NCBI GenBank assembly: GCA_038496445.1
Contig: JALMLS010000076.1
Span: 235,300 to 299,299, forward strand
Source of the DNA: Trichosphaerium sp. ATCC 40318
Taxonomy: Eukaryota > Protista > Tubulinea
Length of the DNA stretch: 64,000 nt
Direction: 5' to 3'
Each line of letters starts with the position of its first letter. Positions within the stretch are counted from its first letter, which is position 1. A model generated the notes under the pieces. That model worked only from the letters and a program-made list of their open reading frames with translations, did no database searches and was not told the DNA's origin. Position numbers and translations under genes: made by a program. This document shows positions 48,201 to 58,983 of this stretch, piece by piece.

Positions 48201-51200
48201 TGTGCACAACAAAATACAGTCACACTTTTCTTAAGAGGAGACGATGGTCAGTTTTTGGATTACCGCTTACTCATGGTTTTAATAACGTTAATTAGGTGAG
48301 TTTAAGACAGAAGGAGGTGATACCATTAGAGCAGAGATGGTTGGACCTGAAGAAGTTAAAACAGACGTCGTAGATAATGGTATATACCTCGATGTTTCTT
48401 ATTTTATGCTAATTTTTTTGTGTAGGTGATGGTAGCGTACGATGCCTTGTTGTTTTCGTTTATTGCTTGTTTGTGAATGTAATCACGTGATAGTATATGA
48501 TTTCTTTCGAACCACATACTTTTGGAGCTTATAGAATGGATGTCTTTGAAAATGAAAAGGCAATACCAAAGAAGATATTTGGAAGTAAGTTCTCCATTTG
48601 TCATTTTTCATATCTTAACCTTCTTTTAGTCATGGTAGCTAAAGAAACGCATATTTTTGAAGCTTTCTTAAACGAACAAAATGAAGTGACAGTAGATATT
48701 GGAGATAGTGAAGCTTACGTGAAATCCGTAATGGAAGGTGGCGACGACATTGATACCAAGGTTTCAAACTTTATAACAATGGAATTAACTGATTTTTTTC
48801 CAGGTCTTGAACAATGGTGATGGTACCTTCACCGTTGTTTATGTACCACAAACTTTAGGTGAATACTCTTTGAGGATATTCGTTGGTGAAAACGAACTAG
48901 AAAGTTCACCATTCGGTGTTAATGTCATGGAGAGAATTGTAAGATATTTTAATAAGTCAAGTATATTCTTACCTAGAGTTTCCTAGAACGAGGAAGAGGT
49001 TGAGCCCATCGCAGCAATTACAGGATTTTCTAATAGTATCACTTTGCGTTTACAAGATGAAGACGACCAATATGTTGCCGGCGCAGTTGAGTGCTAAGCC
49101 CAAAAGTTTGCCTTTCAACTTTGTTCTTATTTTTTTCCCATTTAAAGGCAGGAGCGGTTACTGCTAAGATTAGCGGTGAACAAGATCTTCAGGTAGATAT
49201 CGGAGATAACGGAGGTAAGGAAAGGATTAATATACGTTTATGCTGACACGTGGGGATTTTGTTTAGATGGAACGTTTAGTATAACGTATACACCAATTTT
49301 TAACGGCAGGTACAACCTTGAAGTATTTCAAAACGGAGCACCTGTAAGTCCATGCTATTTTTGATTTTTCTTTTTGTTGAAACAACGGTTAGGTTCCTGG
49401 CTCTCCTTTCTTGATAGAGTCCAAGACAGAAGAACTACCAGAAGAAGAAAAGCTAGAATCTATTGCTAGAAGAGTCAACAAGGTTACCTTTGAAATAGAA
49501 CCAATAGATGGTGTTGGTAAGTGCCCTAATGTAGTCCATTCACTACACGTTCACTAACTCTTTAAAAAACAGCTCCAGAAGTGACAGCTGTATTGGAAGG
49601 GCCACAACAAGGGGGAACAAGTGTTACTGATAATGGCGACAATACTGTCACAATAAGGTACTTTCACCAAAGTGAAACACTACAACGTTGAATTTTGTGC
49701 TTTATGTCCGTTTTATTGTAATGTGGCCCTTATTGTTGTTATAGATTCGAACCGCCTGTAGCAGGAGACTACTTTTTACATGTTACATCCAATGGAGAAG
49801 TGTTCCCAGGATCTCCATTTGGAGTACGATTTTAAAAGCATTCATTTCAGCTTGCTAACATTTCTCAGGTTCGAGCTACTTCACCTGACCAAGCATACAT
49901 CACTTTCAAAGGAGAACAAACTTATACTGTTGGAACATCCATGCAGATCATTCTATGGACTGTTCGAGAGTCAGGTTCTTCAGAGGAAATACTTATTGAT
50001 AACCTCTCTTTCGGCTTAAAATTCAAGTTAAATGGTGAAGAAGTTGAAGATGTTGTCACCCTTGAAAATTATGAACAAATAACTCAAAGCAATTTAGCGC
50101 TTACATTAAATACAGTAAGAGCAGGTTCATACTCTTTCTGGTACGCCTAAATCGAAAAATGAGAAAAATCTAAGAAACCTTTTTTAGGATTGAAGGTGAT
50201 GATATTGTGCATGACAACACCTTTGATTTTACAGCTGTGCCTGATGTTGTAGATTTAAGCCGTACAGTTTATACCTTAGATACACCAGAGGTATCGGTAG
50301 TTGATGAGATTCAACTGTCAGTTGAGATTTACGATAAATACGATAATGTTATTGTGCCTGGCGCTGATGATGAAGTTTCTGTTTTGTTCTCTCATGAGGA
50401 TAAAAGTTTGACCTGCAAGGCCATAGTGGAAGGCAGTAAATGGATAGTGAAAGAGCATGAATTAGTTTCTGGCGAATACAGTGTAACACCAACTCTTAAT
50501 GGCAACGTACAAATAGTCGTCTGTTTTCTTTTTGAAACTCAAGTCTTTTTCCTTAGGCTATTTCTGATCAACCTACTGCTATCCAAGTATCATCTCCTAC
50601 AGTAAGACAAAACCTATACTACTTAAACGCTGAAAGGTTGTAGATTTCCGCTGAGGAAAGTATCATTGATAGCAAAACTACAGTTACTGCAGGTACTAAT
50701 TCTACTAAAAAACAGGTTAGAAAGCAACTCAATTAATCAACTTTAGGTTCTACCAGTAGCACTTTTAACATCGTTGCAAAAGACTCTAGTGGTAAAACGA
50801 TACCTATTACAAAAGAATTATCAGAAAGAATCCACGTCAGATTTGAGGATGAGAAGGTAAGTGATAAGCGCTTATATTTTTCTAGACAGAAAAAAAGCGC
50901 TAAATGACGTTGCAGGTTAAAGATATCCTCAGAACTATTGATGATGATAAATTACTTATTACCTTTGATGTACCTAAACACGCTCGTAAGTTGGTTATTC
51001 AAGCAACATTAGAAGTAGATGGAGAGGTACAATCTAAACAAACACATCACAAAACATTCGTAAAATATTCTTATTTACTCTTGTCTAGAGTATACCACTC
51101 AAGAATGCTCCTTTCGAAATACTTGTTGAACCAGGTCCACCTGAGAGTATTGCTATCGCTCCTACAAAAGTGGAAGCGGGTACGATACTACTGTTGCTAG

Positions 51201-54200
51201 CCAACGCAGGGTTTTTTTAAATTAATTCTTATATTTCCCAAGGTAAATCAATTGAGCTTCGCGTTTTCTTCAAAGATGCTTTCGGCAACAACTGCGACAA
51301 TCTTAGCAGTCCAGTTGAACTTTCACTTGCTTCAAAAGATACAAATAAAACAATAACACTACAAGACAAAGAGGTACAGATAACACCACTTCACGTGTAA
51401 GTTAAAACAATAAAATAGGGAGATGGCGTGTTCGCAGCTGCAGTGGACTTGACAAAGGCTGGAGAATACAAGCCAGCTGCTTCTTATGGAGAATGCACGT
51501 TTGAAGCTTCTCCAATATCTGTAGTACATGCTCCACCTTGTCCTTCAAATTGCCGCATAGAGGGGAAAGGATCTCAGAACGCTCAAGTTGATGAAGAAGC
51601 TTTCTTTGAATTATTTATTTGTGATGAATACGATAATATTATCACATCACCTGTTGGTGTCACAGTAACACTGGGGCTTAAAGATGCAAACCAAGACGAG
51701 ATTACAGGTATAGATTAACCACAAAACCAAAAAAACATGAGTATTCCTACAATTTTCTGAAAATTTATACTTTATTGCAGATGATCAAGAAGCTATTGTT
51801 GTTTCTCTTGAAAAGTCTCCTGAGGGCATAAGGAAAGGGAAATATACTATCAGTAATCTTGGAGATCATTTGTTATCTATTGATTTGGAAGGGAAACCAA
51901 TCAAAGACTCACCTTTTGCTGTCAAAGGATTACCAGGTAAGGTTTTGTTGTAGCTTGCTCATGCATTGATTATCGTTTCAATAGGGCGTACACATATTCC
52001 AAACACACTTGTTCTCGTTTCTGGTAGAGACCAAATCAGCGGAAGCACAGGAATCACAGTCAAGACGAAGGATGGTACCAGCTTTGAAATTTGCTTTAAA
52101 CAACCTTGGTTTGTTATTTACGCTTTCTCTCAGTACGAGGCAACTTGTGTAATGTTGGTGGCGATAAAATTGAAGCCAGAGCGCTTCCTAAAGATTATCT
52201 ATCATTACCAGTTAAAGATACAGAAGACGGCACATACGAAGTCAGTAAGTCCAATACCCGTTTTACAGTCATGAATATTGTTTTATTCACAGAATGCGGC
52301 TAAATGATTTTTAAAAGAATGCTACGAAAGTATTTATTGCTCTATTTAGGTTATCCTTGGGACTTTCATGGTAAATTTGATGTAAGCCTGAATGTGAATG
52401 GCAAGGAAGTTCCTCAAACAGTATTTGTTCAAGTGGATAAAAAAGCGCTTGATGCTTCCATCAGTGAACGTGTTGTTAAGGCATTCCCTTCATCACACGG
52501 ACTTTTGACAAAGTTTTTAAGCACTTGTGCACCTAGTGAGCGTGCTATGTTCCTGAAAGACCTTGATAATCTCCAACAAGAATCTTCTGCAACCCAAACT
52601 GTCGAAGAACAGCCTAAGCAATCAGATGTTGCTACTGAACCTTCTAAGAATGCTGAAGCTGTTGACGTATCAGACAAAGACGAAGCCACTAAAGAAGAAA
52701 AAACTGAACGTGTTGAAGAGCCAGCGATTGTTGATAACAAGGAAGTTGAACAAGAAAAGGCTACCACAGAAGAAAAAGATATCATACAGCCAGCACCAGC
52801 TGAAAAAGAAAGTGACAACAAAGACGATGAGAAAGAGGACGACACCAAAGACGAACCACCTAAAATTGTTGTGCCTACAGTGATTATCCAAGAACCTTCA
52901 ACACAAGAGCAAACCGAAAAAACAAATGAAACAGCGGCTGAACCAGAAAAAGAACCTACAGAGCAGGTTGAAGAATCTAACAACCCAGACATACCTGATG
53001 TAATAGTTGATGAACCGGAAACATCTAAGGAACCTGAAGTGCCTACAGTTGTTGTCCAGGAACCTCATCAAGTAGAAGAACCCACACCTTCTGTTACAGT
53101 TCAAGCGCCACCTGTGGTTCCTTCTATAACAGTCAACGAGGTGTCCAACCCTGATGATTCCGTAAACAAACAAACTCTTGAACAGAATCAAACAGAAGAA
53201 GATGAACAAACCACGGTAGCCGAAGAAGAAGAAAAAGACACAACGCTGCAAGAAAAATCACAAGATGAACCAGCTCCAATAGATGATGTGCCCATTACTC
53301 AAGACGTAACAGCTGATGATACAGCTCCAATAGATGATGTGCCCGTTGTTCAAGACGTAACAGCTGGTGAGACAGCTCCAAAAGATGACGTGCCTGTTAC
53401 TCAAGACTTGAAAACAGACGATGTTGAAGATACTTTTCTGGATGTAAAAGACGATGTTGTAGTTCAGAAAAATGAACCTACACCAGCTGCAAACATTGAC
53501 AATCAAGACACACCAACATCTGATCCAAAGCTCCAAGAAGAGCCTAGCAACGATACCGACACCAAAGAATCGCCAGTGGAGAAAGCAGATGCTGAGGATG
53601 AAGGTGAAGCAGGAGATGACACTTCAACTGAAGAAAAAACGAAGGTTGAGAGTGTGGAAAGTAAAGCTGCTGATAGAGTCGAAGAAGTTACACCAGAGGC
53701 TATTGTTGTTGAAGATGGGACTAATCAAACCGATTACGATGGCGATACTATTGTACTAGAACTCCCAGAGATTACTTTTGAAGTAGTTGAAACGACTACA
53801 GTCGAAAGAAGTCCAAAACAATCAAGAAAAGTCAAAGAAGAAGAAAAAGATGAACAGCTTCCTGTTTCAAACCCATTAATTGACGACGATGACTTGGATC
53901 GTATACTAGACGTACAAGCTTTAAAACGTTCATATTTTATAAGACTTACTGTGTACTAAGGATATTGATGATACGCCTGATGATGAGAAAGATCCAACAG
54001 ATGTACGTCAAAACTCAAAAGTATTAAGCTAGTACAATGAGAAAGTAAATTTTGGTTTTTTTTTTTGTACAGGAAGACTGGGCAGATATCTTAACAGAAT
54101 TTGAGCAGAAGGAAATTAAGCATAGAAAACAAGTTGAGGCGATATATGCTCCACCTGATAATGAAGAGGCGTTAAAGGCTGGAGGCGGAGACGTACGTTA

Positions 54201-54895
54201 CTAACAAAAAAAAACAGCTACAAAAAAAAAGTAACAAATTACAAAACGGCATGGGCGCCGCTCTTTGTGAAAACTCTCGACTGGTTTTAATACCTAAAAA
54301 CATTCAAAAAGACTCTACTGTGTTCACATACCATATTGGTGTAATTTGAAGGCATCTTAAGTTGCATAGTAAAGAGAACCTTCAACTTTTTTTTGAAAAA
54401 AATACGTGTCTAAACAATACCTCAGGAAGAATGGACAGATATTTTGAACGAATTTGAAAATAAAGAGGAAGAACACTTACAGACATTACTAAAGAAAGAA
54501 GTACGTTCTGAGAAAAAAAAACCCACCCACGTGCATCAATAAAAGACTTACCAAAAAAATCAATCAAATAGGTTGAAGAATCAGAGAAAGAAGAAAAACA
54601 AAAACCCAATCCAACAGAGCCATCTTTAGATATACTAGCAGAATTGGATTTAGAGCTAGAAAGCGTTGATGACGTATTTCCTAAATCCACATCACCCTCA
54701 ACTTCCTTACAAAGTGAAAAGCCACCTCCATCTCCAAAGTCAGCACTGAGAAGATCACCATCGCCAGGTACATCACCCTCCTCTCACTTGTTTTCTGTTT
54801 AATGAATATCCTCTCTAATGTATTGTTAAGGTGCTGATAGTTCAAGACGTGTTCGGTTTGCCCTGGAAGATAATGTACTTCATTACGAAGAGTAA
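45298..54895 (+). CDS. Large filamin/gelation-factor-like protein: tandem CH actin-binding domain, many filamin-type Ig repeats, long acidic tail
   Basis: WQVQQRKTFTRWLN, LQNGVILHILL, NLVLGLLWTLILRYHI, WEDGRAFCGIV, DEHSVMSYVSYY; repeats ASGSGLE / DNGDGTF / GSPF; many short introns; ends SSRRVRFALEDNVLHYEE*. Confidence 0.9.
53271..53407 (+). repeat. 51-bp tandem repeat (~2.7 copies) in filamin tail
   Basis: cagctccaatagatgatgtgccc... at 53271, 53322, 53373 encoding APIDDVPITQDVTADDT. Confidence 0.9.
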
Positions 54896-55541
54896 ACAAC
54901 AAATAATTAAAGAAAAAAGCAGCAGGACTTACATAACGCCCAAGCCTTAACTTTTTGTTGAATTTTGTTACTATCTATCCCAAACAAACCGTTAAGACCA
55001 GATATAGTTGTGGTTACCACAAGATGTGAAAAATGAATTTTGTGGCTGTCTGAGAGTAACGTAAAGCACGCCATTATCCCAAGAACCGTTGGAGGTTGAA
55101 ATGAAGTAGTACTGTAAGAACAACGCTGTTGGACACTTCATACGCTGAAGTATCATTATGCAATCGCCTTTGCTATCATGCCAAGAAGCGTTCGCCATTG
55201 TAGTAGAGTTAAATAATGAATTCTACGTCAAGTCGCCTTCAATCAATCAACTACCTTTTACGCTTAACAATTGAACAACCTCGTCAAGTATTTGCTCACA
55301 CCGAAAACTCACAAGACATTGAAGTCTAGAGCAAAAACCAACAATGAAGAATCTTTCAAGAACATATTGGATTCAAAAAACGTATGTATTTTGTTTCATT
55401 TTTGATATGCTCAAGTGCATTAAAAGAGATGCAACATTGTTATGAAAACTAGCAGAAAATACAGTCACGTGATTTTTTCAATGGTGCGTATTGGCTTTAC
55501 AGTTATACAATACCAAGCGCCTAGAATTGTTTGTTATCTGT

Positions 55542-56405
55542 TTATCTGTAGATCTTGTGAGCTCCCAAACTTTTAACACCTTCATTTGTCACATTCCAAC
55601 ATCTCCATAGGCCTATCTCATAAACACCAGCAAGCACTTTGATACCTTCATCTGTCACTGAAGTGTAACCAAGGTAGATGGTATGAACACCTTTGAGTGC
55701 TTTAATACTTGCATCAGTAGTATTTGTGTATTGTAAATTAATCGCATATACACCTGCCAATGCTGCAATGCCTGAGTCTGTTATTGACGTACAACAAGCC
55801 AAGTCGATAGTGTGAACACCAGCCAATGCCTTTAAACCTTCATCTGTGACACGTGTGTGAGCTAAACTAATCTCATGTACACCTGCCAATGCTGCAATGC
55901 CTGAGTCTGTTTTTCTCTCACAAGTAGACAGGTAGATAGTGTGTACACCTGTCAATGCCTTTAATCCATCATCTGTAATATTTGTGCGTGATAAGTTGAT
56001 ACAATGTACACCTGCCAATGCCTCAACCCCCTCATCTGTTATTGAACAACAGTCATGCAAGTAAATACTATGAACACCTGCCAATGCGATGATACCTGAA
56101 TCTGTTACTGACTTATTAGTCAAGACGATGGTATGTACACCTGATAGTGCCGATGTACATTCATCTGGCTCACAAAATCTCAAGTCAATTATCGTATTCT
56201 GTAGTAATGGACTGCCTGCAAGCAACTGAGCTTGATTCTCACTTCTTATATAGATACGGCCGTATCCAACGTGGTTGTGAACAATTTCTCTCAATAGGTG
56301 GCATGTTTGGGCTGCCCGGAGCGCACAAACAGTTGTCCCTTGTTTCAGAATATGCACTATTAGTTCAATTGGTAGCACAATAAAGTCAGTGTCTTTTTCT
56401 TCCAT
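55542..56405 (-). CDS. F-box + LRR protein (same family as 10669)
   Basis: MEEKDTDFIVLPIELIVHILKQ..AAQTCHLLREIVHNHVGY; ~9 repeats alternating 21/22 aa (GVHTIxLxxTxxTDEGLKALA / GVHTIxLxxCxSITDSGIAALA). Confidence 0.9.
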   Translation of the reverse strand: MEEKDTDFIVLPIELIVHILKQGTTVCALRAAQTCHLLREIVHNHVGYGRIYIRSENQAQLLAGSPLLQNTIIDLRFCEPDECTSALSGVHTIVLTNKSVTDSGIIALAGVHSIYLHDCCSITDEGVEALAGVHCINLSRTNITDDGLKALTGVHTIYLSTCERKTDSGIAALAGVHEISLAHTRVTDEGLKALAGVHTIDLACCTSITDSGIAALAGVYAINLQYTNTTDASIKALKGVHTIYLGYTSVTDEGIKVLAGVYEIGLWRCWNVTNEGVKSLGAHKIYR

Positions 56406-56572
56406 TTTGTATGTTGATCTGTTTAAACAGGTTTGGTTAGTTTTATTCAATGTAAAAACACTTTAACGTAAACCTTACTTCACACCTTGTACGATACTTT
56501 AGGGTTTTGAATTTAACCTCTATCAGCCTTTTATAACAAAATTTACGTTTAGCGGTAAAACAAGGAAGCGCT

Positions 56573-56731
56573 GGGGTTCGCACTACCTTTTTGCGTAATT
56601 GATTAGAGCCACAATTGACTAAAAAATGCACTGTTTTTCTTCCAAAAATGTTGTACAAAATGCCGCCAAAAGAACGGACTTTGAAGAAATACAACATACC
56701 GCCTAATTTCGCGAAATGTAGTGCAAACCCA
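56573..56731. mobile_element. MITE-like element, copy 2
   Basis: Ends ggggttcgcactacc.../...gtagtgcaaaccca with GCT on both sides; shares aaaagaacRgacttYgaagaaatacaacataccgccWaatttcgcgaaa with copy 1. Confidence 0.7.
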
Positions 56732-57378
56732 GCTGGCCTACCCACTACTTTTTGTCACTTTGCGCGTAGAGAAATGTATAAAAGTGTATTACTTACGCGA
56801 AATAATAGTTTCTAAACTAGTTTAGGCTTATGCACAAAAAAAAAGGGAAGAATCAAACCTGCCACAAAAAGGAATAGGTTTTATCATGTGATAAGAACTG
56901 TGGACTTTATTTAGGTGCCACAAAAACTGACTTTTATTTCCACACTGCAAAGAACTGCTAAGGTGTAGAATGAGTCATAATTTAAAGTATCGAACCCAAT
57001 ATCAGAAAAAAAGAGGAAAGCTTCTAGAAGTTTGTAAAATAAAAACTTATTCCGACCATTTCGATGTCCAAAAAAAACTTTAGCAAGGATCTCTCGTTGA
57101 AACGGTATCACGTTCCGATATCGTGTATGCTAGTTCCTCATCTAGTTGCAAACTTGAATACCTCATAACCCTGATAAGGAGCTTTATTGTAGGGAAGTGT
57201 ATGGTGCACAAGATCACGCAGAAATATAAAAAACTTTTCATAAAATACCCAATTTTCACGTGATTTGTTTACATCAAATGCCAAAAACAATTTACTTAAG
57301 TACATAATTTATGCTCACTATAAGTGTTGTGAAATTCACGAACTCTTAAAGTCAGAAAATAAAGTTACACGTGTGTAA

Positions 57379-58887
57379 TTACTTATCAGTCTTTTTTGAT
57401 GTTTTTGCTTTTTTTGTTGTTTTTTCTTCTTCTCCTTTAGGTGCTCTCTTTCTTTTTCCTCTTTTTGTCTTTTTAACTTTTGGTTCAAACCTACGTTTAG
57501 GTATAGCCAAAGTGAATGCCTTTTCCCAATCATTCGTTTCAGCAAAAATAGCCAAAATCTCATACACTTATAAAAAAAAAGTCAGAAAAGCTTCAGTCGT
57601 ACGATGTGGTCTCAGATAAAAATGAAAATGTCAATTATAAGTTTCTATATATTTACCTTGATTAATAGTCAATACTTTACGACCTACAAGATCAACATAT
57701 TCATCTATGAAACAAGGAGTAAGCATACAAAAAAAAACAATAAAAATTATTTGTAAATTGAACACGTACCAATTGGAAGTCTTGCAGTTTCTATGCGTCT
57801 CTCATTTGCACGTTTATACGTGGCTCCTTTACATTGGTTGTGATCAAGTAATCCTCCTATAACATAAACCTTTTTTCATGTTAATAAACGGAGTAACGCA
57901 ACAAAGCACTCACCATTCCAGGATCCAATTTTGTAAGAACATTTTCTAAAGTAAAAAATATTAGTTTAAAATCCGCCATTTCAACCGCTCTTTGAAGGAC
58001 GCACTTGATTCAGCGGTGAGGTACACAATTTTTTCAGGGTCATGTACTTCATGGTAAGGCTTTTCATTCCATTGTACCTTGAATACATAAGCAAAGAGAA
58101 CAAAGGCGAAGTGTATTAAAAAAAAAATTATCCCTTACCTTCCATTTAGTATGTCCTGCGTGTTTATGAACGTGTTTTACTACTTTCCCTTTATAACTAC
58201 AAAAATCAAGGTGAAATGGGTTATCCATCTTTTTATTCACGCCATAGCACTTGACAAAAACAGTCAGCAAAAAAAACCAAAGATTTCGTTCAAAAAAAAG
58301 CCTTTTGTCGCGCTAGTGCGACTTTTTTTTTTCGACATTTACAATTGGAAATATAAATTTTGTAGTAGCCTTGTTCTAAGCTACTTTTTGTAAAATCAAC
58401 GCAAACAACATTTTGACACTTTTTTCCCAATTTTCAGAATTTTTTTTAAACGCCTTATTTGCATACCTGAAGCATTTGAGGTACTACTTTCCGTACATCT
58501 AGTAATTTTAACAAAAATAAAAGCAAGAAAATTATAAATTACCTTTATCCGTCATTTCATCCTCCCATTCCAAGTCAATTACTACCGTGTTATCCCTACA
58601 CGCATTAAAATGAGAAATAATGTATTTTATGCTACAAATACCTGTATGTTGCAGTCTCAAGCCTTTTCTTGCTCGTTCCAGTAGAATCTCTACCATCTAA
58701 TGCAAATATGCGTTCTCGTTCTTTTTCTTCAAATCTTCGTTTTTTATGTTTCTGAATAACGTGAGCAATTTATATACGCTATAGGTGTCCGTACCTCATG
58801 CCAAAAATTTTGTAGATCATCACGGTTGTTCTCTGGCTTTTTGTACTCTTTTTTAGTTTTAGTTACTGTTTCCTCGTTCTCTGCCAT
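57379..58887 (-). CDS. TRM10: tRNA m1G9 methyltransferase Trm10
   Basis: [69 protein letters not shown]. Confidence 0.95.
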
Positions 58888-58983
58888 GGTGTCAAGCGAA
58901 ATATACAACAGACAGATCAAATAAACTTCGGCTGAGAACAAGTTTGAAAAATCGCGCTTCGCAAAAATCTAGCGTCGTGAACC

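Noticed and set aside
37130-53536. Numerous antisense/alternate-frame ORFs over the MORN, PTNAP and filamin-tail regions
   Set aside because: Shadows of repetitive or compositionally biased coding sequence
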